A stretch of 64,000 nt of DNA from the NCBI GenBank assembly GCA_964016885.1, contig OZ024742.1, forward strand, positions 76,260,001 through 76,324,000. Direction: 5' to 3'. Each line of letters starts with the position of its first letter. Position 1 is the first letter of the stretch. This stretch comes from Eledone cirrhosa. Taxonomy: Eukaryota. Positions 11,234-24,703 of the stretch are shown one piece after another. A model generated the notes under the pieces. The model made no database searches and was not told the origin of the DNA. It was given only the letters and a program-made list of their open reading frames with translations. The translations under genes were made by a program, and so were the position numbers.

Positions 11234-14056
11234 ACCAGAACAACCTGCCACCCTCTACACACCATCATAAACTGCGAGCAGGGTACAAATTGTTGTCCTT
11301 AAATGCTCGCAGTTTATGCAACAAGATACATCTGTTCGAATCCTACGTCAGAAGCATCGACCCTGACTTCATCACTGTCACGGAAACATGGGCACATTCC
11401 TTACTCTGTGATGGGGTTTTCACCATTACTGGGTACAACCTTTTCCGCAAGGACCGCATTAACCGCCGTGGTGGTGGTGTGATGGTCTACGTTCGTTCAA
11501 ACTTTTCGGTAATTCCTTGCGTTGATTTGAACGAATCACAGGAAGAAGTTTTTTTTCTGTGACATACGTATGACCATGTCAACACTTCTGCTTGGTGTTG
11601 TTTATCGCCCCCCAAACTACCATCAGGACACACAGCTTTGCGATATCCTCAGAGTTGCTGCCAAGAAAACAGCCACTTATGTGTTTATTGCAGGTGACTT
11701 CAATCATCCTGAGATCGATTGGGAAACCTTTCGTTGGCCACAGGGTGCAAACGATTTCCTTGAACTAGTGCTGGACTCAAACTGGTCACAAGTAGTCACC
11801 TCTCCAACAAGAGGTGACAACACTTTGGACCTGATCTTCACCACTACTCCTGAAGTGGTTATCAGTTGTACTACTGAGGAACCTCTAGGCGACTCTGATC
11901 ATGCTATGATCATTGCCAATCTGGCACTTGAGGGCAGCAACAAAAACCAGAGCCATCTCCAATCTGCTTGCTTTGATTGGAAGAGGGCAGATTGGAACTT
12001 GTACTGCACTGAGCTACAGCGCCCAAACTGGCATGAGATGTATAACTCTGGAGATGTGAACTCTATACTCCAGAGCATCCTGGACTCAATATGGATAGCG
12101 TGTGCAGCATCAGTGCCACGGAAGCGGAAAAATAACCACCCCAAAAGTGCAATCTGGGAAACTTCAGCAGTCCGACTTGCCAGGAAAGAACGTCGGAACG
12201 CTGAACGGGAATATAAACTGGATAGATCAGATGCCAACAGAAAAAAGCGGAATAAATCTTCTAACCATCTCAAGCAAGTGACAAAGAAGGCAGTGCTTGA
12301 ATTTGAACAGTGCATCGCAACCAATCCCGACAGTAAGGTGTTCTGGAAATATGTTCATTCAAAGCAGAGACCTCACTCTCCAGTTGGTCCTCTTCGCAAT
12401 CCCCACACAAGCCAGATCACTGACGATCCCAAGGAGTGCGCAGAACTCATTGCTGAGTGCTATGCAAGTATTTTTACTGTTGAAAACCAGAATGTACCAT
12501 CTCCACCATCTCTAACATCAAATTCCATAACAACTATGGAATTTACACCTGCAATGTTGCGACGTCACCTTAAGAATAAGCGCAACTATGCCTCCCCTGG
12601 TCTTGATGGTGTGACATACCTGCTTCTCAAACGTGGCGGGGATTTCCTTTTGCGCCAGCTTTCTTTTTTCTTTCAATACTGTCTCAGCAATGGTGCTACT
12701 CCAGAGCAGTGGAAAACTACCAGTGTCATTCCCCTGTTCAAAAAGGGCAACCGCATGTCACCTGTCAACTATCGTCCAGTCAGTCTTACTAGCTGTATGG
12801 CCAAACTGATGGAATCCTGTGTCAGAGAAACACTTTGGAACTTCTGGAGCTCTCACAGCCTCATCCGGCCCTCACAGTTTGGATTTATCCCTAACTCCAG
12901 CTGCTGTGATCAGCTTATCGAGTTCCTTGAGGACATCACCCGGATCACTGACAGCGGCTCATGGGTGGATGTTGTTTACCTTGACTTTGCTAAGGCTTTT
13001 AATTCTGTGCCACACAAAAGACTTATGGCAAAACTCTCTGCAATGGGTGTGAGGGATGATCTTTTCGACTGGCTGAAATCCTTCATTCTCAGCCGAAAGG
13101 AAGTAGTCACAGTTCTAGGACAGCATTCTTCACCATATGAGATGTCATCTGGTGTACCACAGGGATCTGTTATTGGTCCTCTTTTGTTTGTGGCATATAT
13201 TAATGACATAGATGCCAACTTACAGAATGCCACGGTACTAAAATATGCAGATGACATCAAGCTGTACCTTGAAATCAAAAGGACTGATCCTGAAATTTAC
13301 AACTCTTTCCTACAATCAGACCTGGACACAATGCAGCAATGGATCCCAGACTGGCAACTGAAGCTGGCTGTGGACAAGTGTACCACCATGCATTTTGGAA
13401 GGAAATATCCAGCGTCCACATACTCCCTCCACAACACTGACATCAAAAATTCCTCTTGTGAACGTGACCTGGGCATTACTGTCAGCAACGATTTGCGTTG
13501 GACAAAGCATGTCTCTAAGATTGTCAAGAAGGCCGAGGGTGTCTTGGCATCACTCAGCAAGACCTTTGTTAGCCGCTCTCCAGCCATCTATTTAAAACTG
13601 TATATAGCTATGGTGCGACCACACTTGGAATTCGCATCATCAGTCTGGAACCCCTATCTTGCTCGGAACATTGACCTCCTGGAAACTGTTCAGAGACGTG
13701 CAACCAAGCGCATACCCTCCATCAGACACCTACCATACTCTGAACGCCTTGCTTCCCTGGGCATGGATTCATTGAAGCTCCGACGTCTGGCAGTGGACTT
13801 GGTGAATACCCACAAAGTTTTTAACCATCTCGCCAACTGCAACCCTGAGCGCCTCTTTGATCTCCATGTATCTAACACACGTGGACATGCCTACAAGATA
13901 AGAAAACAGCACAGCTCCCATGACTTTCGCAGACATTTTTTCACGCTCAGAGTTGCTGAAACATGGAACAAACTGCCTGCGTCAATTGTTAGCTGCCGAG
14001 ACACTGCATCCTTTAAGACACTCATGCTTCCCGAAATACGCCAAAACTACACCTGA
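11224..14056 (+). CDS. LINE ORF2: APE endonuclease + reverse transcriptase; +1 frameshift in a T8 run near 11549-11556
   Basis: LNARSL, VTETW, GGGV, VYRPP, GDFN, LDL, SDH; then YRPVSLTS, YLDFAKAFNSV, GVPQGSVIGP, YADD, ERDLGI, VRPHLEF (CR1 signature). Confidence 0.92.
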
Positions 14057-17000
14057 TGTGCCCCTTCCATACACATGCACACATGTGTGCACTGTTCATT
14101 TTACTGATGTTTGTGCATTGCCCTATGTACTGTACATGCACTTTTTTGATGGGTTGTGGTGCACCTGGGCACTGTGCACAATATTTCATTATTGTTATTG
14201 TTATTATATCATGACTCATACACTGTTTATTTTCCTGACATTTGTACATTATTCTATGTACTATACATGCACCTTTGATGAGTTGTAGTGCACCTGAGCA
14301 CTGTACACAATAATTTCATTATTATTATTATTATAATAGATTTCATCCATTTAATGAAAGCTTTGCAAACTGATTTGATCAGGTGACAATCATTTTTACA
14401 TATATAATCAAAATGTCAATAATATTTAAGAGGTAGGTCACTCATATGTTATTGCATATAAACGAGATGACGTTAGCTTTTCATTAATATATCGTGCTGC
14501 TAGAAAGTAGAAGTAGTGAAATGTAATGTAAAGAAAGACAGAACGATTAATGAACTGTTAGTGGATGGGGTAAAGTAACATACCAAAATACGTTTTTACC
14601 GACCTGCTAGAAAACGCAATCGTATATAAACGTGTTGAGAAACTCTGTTTTCTTTCTATTTCAATATATATCTTCCGACACTCTCATTCAATGACATACA
14701 GTCATTTGCCTATAGCTCCATGTTTGCAACGAATTCTCGAAACATATCTCATTCAACGCTATATGTACTGCTCTATTTTTCTAAAATTGCACCTCACTTT
14801 CTATCACTTTCTTAACTCTCTTCTATAGTATTTCTTTTATTTATTCGCTTTGTCGCTCTATCAGTGTTTAACGCCCACCCTTCTCTTATCCCTCACACAC
14901 ATATGGTTACAGGGCAACCGTTCAAAATTTAAGCCGAAGGTAGCCGGAAACAGCCGAACAGTTCGCGCCATATCACTTCTCCCTAGATGACAAAGTTCTA
15001 ATGTGAAAATCGTAATTACTCAAAGCTTTACCACTTTTAGTTTATATCATTATAAATCACTCTATTTCTCATATTCCTTTGTATACGAAATGACTTTCGG
15101 CGGCAGCGGTATCAGGCGTATTCTAGGTGTAAATGTATATTTTCCGGATCATTGCAAATATGGCTTCATAAAAGCCATACTACAATGCTGTATATCAGAT
15201 GGTGTTTCCATCAAAGAAGAAGATTGTTGATTCTTAATATATAATCTAACAAAGTTCAGAACGTTCGTTGGTGGATTTACCACAGTTCTCTCAGGAGACA
15301 TCTGGTAGAATTTGCTTGAATTTACAAAGAATTGTGACGATAACCTATATAAGAATACGAAGGCTACCATTATGGATGAGGATTTCTCCAAATCTGCAGA
15401 ACATTTATTGAAATATACAATATTTCTGCATAAAAATAATTATTTAGATTAACCTCTAAATAGTTGTATAATTCTCACGAACGATGAGCAAATAAATATA
15501 TAAATTCTAATGTAAATTATCAGTACTAGTACCGTGTAAACTACTAATAACAACATAAATGATATGCGTTTGGAAAATACGATTCAGGTCCAGGATCAGC
15601 AACACAATTTGTGTTCACGTAAACATTCGCGAGGACGTGCAAAATTGTTTATGAAGTTGTTTTGGGCTTCTAAAAATGTTATATAAACACAAAAAATTAC
15701 AGAAGGTTAAGAGATGATATGATGCCAAAAAATTAGAAGCCTATGTATAATACGGAGAACTATATTTAGCCTGGAAAATCTGTAATACAAAGGTTTCATC
15801 ACGAGTAACATTGGGTATTCATCCTTTGTTTTACATATTTTACATAACATGCCTTAACGGATTGTCTTATAAATCTGCTTGTCACATTAGCCCTCTGTAG
15901 TGTTCAGGAAATTACAAATTACATGAAAGTAAACACATTTATTTAGCCCATTGTGCAATGTTCAGCAATTAACGTGGTGTGAATATGATTAATTATTCCA
16001 AGGGATGAAATTATAGCGGTCTTATAGGAATTTAATACATAAATAAAGTCACTACTAAAAAAATAAATGGCGCATAATGTGTCCAAACCCTTATGCGATA
16101 ATTCATATTTGCACAGTTTCAACTCAATCTGTCCATATCACATTCCACAGCAAATAAAATGATAGAAAATGTAGACAACTATCACAAGAAAAAGACTGTA
16201 ATCTTGTGGTAAACGCTTTTTGAAACTGAATTTGTTTTATCACCATAAAACATTCTTTGTTTTCTTAATCTCTTCCGGTTTAATAATAATATTTTAATTG
16301 GAAAATGATTTGTAATATTGTAATGGTCAACGTCATGTTGAAAGGTAGCATGTTTGGTACACTAGACCGGCTCTCAGAAGATTAGAAGGAATTGAACTAA
16401 CGTCACTGGATAGAATGATAACACTATGATCAGTTAATATTTTATGTTATAAAGGTGATTAATTAGCAAGTTATAGGGTGCAGCTGAGATAATACAAAGA
16501 ATATTTTCAATAGAAATATACGCTCACTATAATCTAATTAACTATCCCTCACTAATTCTAAAATATTAATATAATTCTTCTTCAAACTAATTTCTTCTTC
16601 AAACTAATTTCTTTTTCAAACTAATTTTTTTGCGACAGGAAACGCACTCGCCAAGGGCAGGGAATAAAATACTGTTTACTCTACAGTAAGTATTCGAATA
16701 TAGTCCGTGACAAAAGATAAATTTTATGTGTATGTCATATATAAAATATTTACCAATTTTGAATTGAATCTGTTGAACTTAATTTAATTCAAAATAGAAA
16801 GTTTAGGTTCAGTGGCTAATTAGTTTCGGAACATTAAAGTCGATGTGGACCTAGAATAAATTTGATACAACCCAGATTCTTAATTGATATTTAAGATTTT
16901 CATCAATATGAGATCTTTTTACAGAACCAAAACTGAATTGGTAGCCTGCTATACACGGAACGTTGATATTCATTAAGTAATTCCTGTAGATTGAAACCAT

Positions 17001-18837
17001 AGAGAAAATAAACTTTGCTGTTCGAGAAAATGAATATGAAAGTAGTTCTAGAGTTGATTGCCCAGATGCAAATAGATTTGATACAATTTGGTTACTTTTA
17101 TTCTGGTAGATATCAGCCTAAATCAGATTATGAAGAACGCATTTAGCAATGGGAGATATGGCACAGCGCTGATGCAATCCGATGGCATACAATATATTTT
17201 AATAGGAGAGAATACTAGGGTTGTTATCATCTGTCTCTCTTATGAAGACGATTGTGTTTAGGAATTGAAGCGTCTAATATATGCGCTCAGTATTCAAGTG
17301 TGATTCGCAGCTTTGCATTATGTACTAGCCTTAAAAATCAAAGCTGCAATTATTTATTTAAAGACGACATACCCTTTGAAATGGAACATCATATATGTGA
17401 TAATTATACGATTGCTATGATTGATCATCAGTGAATGTGAGGCACAATTCATTTCAATTATTCCAAGAAATCTGCAACAATAGAGATTTATAAAAACCGC
17501 TATTGTTACATTCATTTCCATACATATTAAAATATTGTTGAATTCAGATAATTAACAACTGAAGTAGCACAAGGCAATATATTTGTTGCCGTTGTAGCGT
17601 TGTAGACTATTTGAGATTCACTACAAGAAAATATTCAAATACTTTTCAGAAATGGCAATAGTTATTATTAATATTATCTAATCCATTTACAAGCAATAAT
17701 ATATCAGAACTATGGTCAAAAGTGTTTCAGTTCTGGCTATCTACCATTTATTTAAAAATTTATGAGCATATATATTCAATATGAGAAAAAATGGTATTTG
17801 AGGTAAATATAATTTGTTCTTATCATTTATTTCACTAGTTGTGAAAACATTTGAAATATAACAAAAAAAGCTGCATAAAATAAAAAAAAATGATACACTA
17901 TTTACAAAGAAGAGAATAACAGTTTGTTAGGAATGGAATGAAGTAGTTCATTATTGATCAAGCTAGTGATGCGATCGAGAAGGATTATAGCAAAATGTGT
18001 CATCCTTTTATTGATGGCCTGTAAAATGAGCACTATATGCAAACTCATTTTTTATTGTAATTACAAATTTTGAAATAATATTTAACGTTACTAAAATAGT
18101 AGGTTTCTTTTTACCACAACATATAGCACACATTACAAGCAGATTAAACGTTCAAGCGCAGACTCAGCTGAGGTTTATTCATTATATAAAATGAAACCTT
18201 GGACAATAGGACTACGTGTTTTCTGAAGACTGTTGAAGTTCGACAGAAAATATTGCATTGTAAGACGTCTATGGTGGGTCATAAAATATTATATCGATTA
18301 CATCTATTACCGCCATAATAGATCTAAAATGATATAAGCTTTTTTTCTACATTTTGAATTTTCTTTGTGTCTTTTAATTTAGATATATACCCTCTTAACA
18401 GAACTCATACAAATGAGATGTATAACACATTAATGACTGCACAGATGAATAACCCACCAGAATTGTCGAATAGAAACTACAATTTCATAAGATTGACAAA
18501 GCGTCAGATGTGAATAAAAATTATATTCATATAATATTGATTCATAATAATATTCGATTTGTTTGCAAGCAAACAACCGCACGACGTTATGTGTTTTAGA
18601 CAACTATCGCCATTCCTTTGTTTTAGAGGTGGTCTAGAGAAACAATCGACAGGGTTATTGACCTTGAGAATATATAGATTTCTCTAAAGTATACATCGGC
18701 TGATTAGCCTAATTTGCATACCAAGCGATGTTACGGCTGGCTTTGTTGAATTTTAATAGGAAAATTTAATTTTTCTTTAATATCTTGGTTGTCCAACGTA
18801 AACGATGTTGACATCTTCTTTATTGTTGTTCCCGTCT

Positions 18838-19505
18838 GCCATGGGCACGATGGTGGATGTGGAGGCCCATCCCTGAGATGCAGATCCGGGGACAGTGGGG
18901 CAGGGGAAGAGACAGGAGTCAGCCTGGCAACTCTCAGGGGTTACCACCACCTGTTACCTCCGACTCTTGCCTATCTCCGCAGGGCTTTGGGAGTGCACGC
19001 TAAAGAAGAAACCTGTGCGGGAAAGGTTTATAGTGGTAGGGCCAGTGCACAGTGACGGTCCCACTCACTCCGCTGCAGAAGCCAGAATCCGGTCCTACGG
19101 AGGACCATCACGACTATGGACTTCCTTGGCTGCTGTGGATGGCCACGACGTCTGTAGTGCCTTGCCGTGCCCTAGCGCTCCACACCGCTGGCTATCGGCG
19201 CCTTCGTGACCGTTGGGACGATATTGTCCTCCTCCACTCTCTCTGCGGCGTCCAGTCTTCGCATGCAGGGGCAGGCATCCCCTATCTAACTCACCGGGGG
19301 GCTTCAGACCCGTCCGGCTACCCTCAACCTGGTTAGGCCCGCCAGCCAAGGCGGTTTACCGCGGTGTGGCCGCTGTCGCATGCTACAGCTTCTTAGGGCC
19401 ACAGGTGAGAGCTGAGTGTCAGGTCGACCCAATGCAGGACGAGCTATCCTTAAAAGGGCATGGCTAACCCTCCTACAGAGGTAAATGCCCCTCCCTGACA
19501 CCCCA
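18838..19505 (-). mobile_element. GC-rich interspersed repeat resembling an RTE-LINE 5' UTR
   Basis: GC-rich island in AT-rich DNA with no coherent ORF. It resembles RTE 5' UTRs by recollection, not by search. Confidence 0.45.
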
Positions 19506-19569
19506 GGCATACACATACACATACACATACATATGTACATGTGTGTATACATATTTACACATTTTTGGA

Positions 19570-19750
19570 TAGCCGTTGACTCTTATGAGTTCTTCCGCCC
19601 TTTGTCAGGTTTTGTTTTTTGTCCTGCAGGGTGTCCAAAATCACCCTCCTCACCAAGTAAACTTGGTGGGGTTGCAGTTTAGTCACCGACGACCCGACCA
19701 TGCGACAGGTTGTACTTGTTTACATGTCACCAGTAGCACCTGACTCGCTT
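19570..19750 (-). mobile_element. Second GC-rich repeat fragment (RTE 5' UTR-like or SINE-like)
   Basis: Minus strand reads gtacaacctgtcgcatggtcgggtcgtcggtgactaaactg...aaacctgacaaagggcggaagaac. Confidence 0.4.
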
Positions 19751-21468
19751 TAATATAGTGGATACGTAAATACATTCATCAGTTTTATATCGAATAATAA
19801 TAATATTCGATTTGTTTGCAAGCAAACAGCCACATAACGCTGTGTTATTTTGACGACTATCGTCATTCTATTATCCTAGCGGTGGCAGCGAGAAGCAATG
19901 GAAACTTGTTTCTTTGTCAAGATTGTTTCTCTCTCTTTTCTGTAAAACCGAAAAGTCGAAAGTCAGCCGTAAAATTGCTCAGTATGCACATTATTCTAAT
20001 CAGCCGAATTATATTTTCGAGAATACCATATATTCCCAAGATTCCTAATGTGATTCGCAAGATTCCCAAGATTCCTAATGTGTGACAGAAAATAGAGTTA
20101 CAAAATCTTGACAAAGGGCAATAACTCTAAAACAACTTCCTTATGTGTTACATCAGCATAGCTGGCCTTAGTTGATGACTTTTTATATCGTTCACTGCAA
20201 CATACGTAGCTAGGAATGAAGAACTTCTCAGGACTAAAGAAACATATTCATGACACGAATGTACAAAAGAATGGTGACGTGATGGCAATTCCCGAGATCG
20301 TGATGCAGCCATTAAATTTATATATATATTGGATATGAATCGATGTTGTAGCTGCCATATAGCAGGTAGGAATCGAGTTGTTGAGGCCAATATATATATA
20401 TATATGTGTGGGTGTGTATAATCATGTTTAAGCAGACGTAATTACTACAATATTCAATTGTAGTTTATCCTTTGATTTACATAGATAAAAGAATTAAAAA
20501 ATTAAACAGAATGAATTACTATTTTATATCAAACGATAATTTTATTTTTTAATCATATAGATATTTGAGTTTGCAGTAAATATTAAATTAATACAAACAT
20601 TCAATTTTGTTTTTTTAAAATAAATATTTCTCGATATTTCATTAGAGATGCGGTTTCAAATATCTGCTATTCTAAAACATTGTGCAGTAAACATTGTGCA
20701 GTAACAATTGTGCAGTAAAACATTGTGCAGTAAACAAAAATTATTTTCTCTGTCTGTAAGATAATAATTCGAATATGGGACATCTGGTGACTTTAAAATC
20801 ATATCACATTTGTCTTGATTGTTACAAAAAACCTAAACACAGCAGAATAACTAAAAATGATATTTAAATGACACCTGATATTAGGAGGTACTACAATAAA
20901 ATGATGATACGTAACGTTCTTATTTGCAATTATATGGTGTTATGTGTATCGCTTATCGATACAATAATATGACACATCTAGATGGAAAGTAAACGTTGCA
21001 ATTTTCAAAGAAAATATCATTATTATGTTTGTAGACTATACAAGACTTAAGTGCCCCCATAACTCCATAATAAACATCATATTCACAACAAATACAGTGA
21101 TATAAGTGTTTTCATTGGTTCATATTCCCACCGATACGCGGGGAAAAGTGTTATTAATGTAAGAAAACGTAATATGTATCTTCAAATATAAATCCAACCC
21201 ATGCAAATATGTGTGTGTGATGTGTAACGACTATACAATAGTGAATAGTTCATGAATGTGTGGTATCATAAAATTGTGTTCCGAACTAAACCTTTTCAAG
21301 AATATTTCAAACTAAATGATAAATATACTGAAATACCGCTCCCTATTAATTTCTGTTTCTATAAACATGTACCATTTATTAATGGAGTATAGTTTCAATT
21401 AGAAAAATCCTTAAAAATTAAAATTCATGCGCATTTTCTATTTACGAAACAAGTTGCATTATTATTAA

Positions 21469-21577
21469 CGCCGAGGTTAACTTTGCCTTTCATCCTTACG
21501 GGGTCGATAAAATAAAGTACCAGTAATAGACTGGAGTAATTGCTGGCCTTGCGCCAAAAGTAGAAACAATTATTATT
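21469..21577 (+). mobile_element. 5'-truncated SINE (core + tail)
   Basis: gccgaggttaactttgcctttcatccttacggggtcgataaaataaagtaccag...gccttgcgccaaaagtagaaacaattattatt. Confidence 0.85.
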
Positions 21578-21579
21578 AA

Positions 21580-21930
21580 CTAGCTGACGTAACCAGCTTC
21601 GCCCGGGTAAACAGATGATAAGAGAAGACAGGTAAAAGAGAAAATGACTGTATTGGATGTTTGTCTGGTTACAGTATGAGGCGAGTGCGTGGTGTCTGTG
21701 TGATACAGAAAACAGTAAAAAAAAATCTTCCAGATATACCAGATTCTTCGTTGTACCGTTTGTGCATAGTATATGAACAATTATAGGTGCTCCCACCTAG
21801 AATAGTGACCTCTAGGAGATGGTTCAACTTCTGCCTGACTGTAACACGGGTATCATTGCATAGACGTGGTTGTTCCACGTTTCTCAAAAGGATGATGGAA
21901 GTTCCAATCTTTTATATTATATGTAGATAT
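21580..21930 (-). mobile_element. Short non-autonomous Helitron-like element
   Basis: Minus strand starts TCTA(C)ATATAATATAAAA and ends with GC hairpin cccgggcgaagctgg then GCTAG|T. Confidence 0.6.
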
Positions 21931-22744
21931 AGATATATATATAATTAATATAAAAGATGTTCGTCAATGTAAAAAAAGATCCCTATTTACTCCCTTCACA
22001 ACTCTGTGTATGTTAGACTGACAGACAGGCACACATACAGATAAACAGCGTGGCGATTGTGGAACGCCACACACATACACACATGGAATCGCGCACACAC
22101 ACGAAAACTTACACACGCACACACTCACACTCACACATGTTGATAGTTTTTACTTTCTGTGGAACGCTCTACGCACACACACATAAACATACGCGCACGT
22201 ACATACACACGCACGCATGTTAATAGTTATTGCTTTCCTTCACCTCTTATATCCACACACATCACAGACACACATGTCTCTACACTGACACATATAGCGT
22301 TCACACTCTCCCCTCACACTCCCTTCTTGGCATTATGCATATTAATTTCAGTTTGGCGTCGTTGGGGTGGGCGGAGTCGTTTGAAACCTATGAACCAATG
22401 ATAATCGAGAATTATGATACACGGAATACTGACGTTGTTCAAATTAATATATAGATTTACAAACCTCAATTCAACTAGCTGTCTCCTTTTGAAAATATAT
22501 TTTGTTTCAAATCATACTCGTGAAAAGGATGTTCATATGAATTCTTTCTTAAATAAATAAAATCATACTTTCCTTTACTTAAATAATTCGTGAAGATTGT
22601 GTTATATTCAGTTACCAAATCTCACCCTTTAACTTCATCAGGTATGTATGTACGCTTGTAAATATGTATATATATACAGGCATTGCTTTATACCTGGAGA
22701 TCTCTCTGCACTTGTCGTCACATGGTACCATGGGCCCAGCACTA

Positions 22745-22900
22745 TGTGTCAATAATTGTCACAAGTGTAGTGTTTGTACCAGAGTTTTCAAATCGGTGGC
22801 TGGACTAAAAAGTCACACTCGTTCAGCGCATCGGTAGGGGTTCTCCTACATGGATATAAAGTAGTGGCCGTACTCGAAAACGAGTTGGCTGCCACCATAT
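22745..22900 (+). mobile_element. 3' end of an RTE-type LINE with terminal C2H2 finger
   Basis: 22757-22837 translates to CHKCSVCTRVFKSVAGLKSHTRSAHR*, followed by a short structured UTR and (AT)n. Confidence 0.65.
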
Positions 22901-22964
22901 ATATATATAGCGTAAATTCCCCTTTGGTCACGAATGACTATGGGTTGTCACGTATATATATATA

Positions 22965-22999
<35 letters not shown>

Positions 23000-24703
23000 A
23001 ACCATATTTCCCTGATATACCATGTAGGTGTGGGCATTGTATTTCTACAAACAAGCGTAGAACTATTTAAAAATTGACTACACTGAAAATAGTCATCATT
23101 TATATTGAAATGTGTGAATTCTTGAAAAAGATTTATCATTTCTTCTTTCTCTCTCATCTTTGATATTCCACCCAGATTAAAATCAATTTTTTTATCTACA
23201 AGATGGACACTCAATTTATAGATACATTGCCAATTTAATACATACTAAAATGATTATTTTCTTTAGAGTTAACCTTTCAAACTAAACAGGGATACATGTA
23301 GCTCTCAACGTTGAATCTTTGAAACTCATACCTTTCACCTCTAGTACAATTTAATTTCATATTTGACTTATTTCTTCCGTTACCTCTCACACCACACAGT
23401 AGAAATGATCTGGTACATTTCAGTTTATATAAGATGTACCTCTATGTTATATATGTTGATAGTGGTGCGTTTGTCTGTTGGTGTTAAGTGTCTTTTAGTT
23501 GTCCTGTGTCATATATATATGTAACATTCTATTTTCAAATAAATACCCCTATGAATTCGTTTAACATAATTATTTCTCATAACAATTTCAGGTTCATTAC
23601 ACAGCTATTTCTCCACCAATAATGATTATTTATATCGCTACCTGAAGACCCGATCATGTATAGTGGTTTGGCTCTGAATTATTAAATGTAAAACGTTTAC
23701 CACTTTGGGATTCAAATCAAAGATTAAAGTAATTTATCATTGGTTTGCAATTCAGTGGGTTATCTAAACCCTTTACCATTCGTATCACATAGAATAACTA
23801 TGTGTAATGATAGCTAATGAAATTAGTGGTGGTCAGTGAACGTTAGAAAGGGCAGAAGAGCTTAGTTTCAGCTAAGGCTTATTTGCAATTAGCTTAACCC
23901 AATTAAATATGTCACAATTTGCTGATTACACTGATTGATCTCGAAGCCGCTGTTTAGGTAGTATAGCAAAATCCATTAGCTCGAGATTTAAACAAAAAAT
24001 GCACGGAATTTCATGTAGCACCCCATCTATGCTAAGCGCATCATGCATTCCAATATTACTAAGAATATTGATTTATACTATATATGGGTTTTATTTTATT
24101 AGTATTAAAAAATTGACGTAATTACTTCACGCAAATTTTCGCTCGCAAACGAAAACAAGAGTAACAATTAAAGTAATAAACAGCTCACACATTTAGATAT
24201 ATTTTAATATATTAATGTGTTCGTTCATCAAAAAATTTAAATTCTATGGCAATAAATTTATTTTGATTAGAAAATTAAATTGCGCAAATAAACAATTGGG
24301 CGAATTGATAATTTAATGTCTTATGACAGTAATAAAATGTAAACATTCAATGTAACTTTTGAACAAAATTTAAAACTTATAGTGAAAACGTTCACGTTCA
24401 TGTGGGCTTAGAATGCTGGAATATTGTCAAAATACATAACTATGTAAAGCAGAAGAATTATGTAAATAAACACTTTAAATATTCCTCTCAGTAATTAAGT
24501 TGACTGTATTGCTACATCGTTTGCTCTCTGTATGGAATTAGAAATGATAAATTAGGATGGGACTTTCAAGTAGTGTATATCCTAGTTGTACTGCTTTGAT
24601 ATCTAGGATGAGTGATGCTTTTACACATTCTTCCAGTGTCGAAATATATCACTTATAAAAAGATATATAAGCGATCGATTCACATGCTCAAAATAGTCTA
24701 TAG

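Larger units (their letters stand above)
9830..14337 (+). mobile_element. Near full-length CR1-type LINE (ORF1, ORF2, 3' UTR, (ATT)n tail)
   Basis: Two long ORFs, each broken by a single 1-nt indel, and an (ATT)n tail at about 14318-14334. The 5' boundary is approximate. Confidence 0.92.

Noticed and set aside
18223-18256. CTGAAGA-ctgttg aagtt cgacag-AAAATATTG hammerhead-like string
   Set aside because: The triplet would be UUG and helix I does not pair.
19675-19722. HDV-like ribozyme 3' half on the minus strand (catggtc-gg-P4-CTAA)
   Set aside because: The 5' strand of P1 is missing and P3/L3 does not fit.
22600-22645. Minus-strand CTGATGA-agtta..taact-GAAT
   Set aside because: GAAA is altered and helices I and III are absent. 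At best a decayed remnant.
22757-22837. Host C2H2 zinc-finger gene exon
   Set aside because: A single finger with no TGEKP linker, then a stop and a LINE-like tail. It fits an RTE ORF C-terminus.
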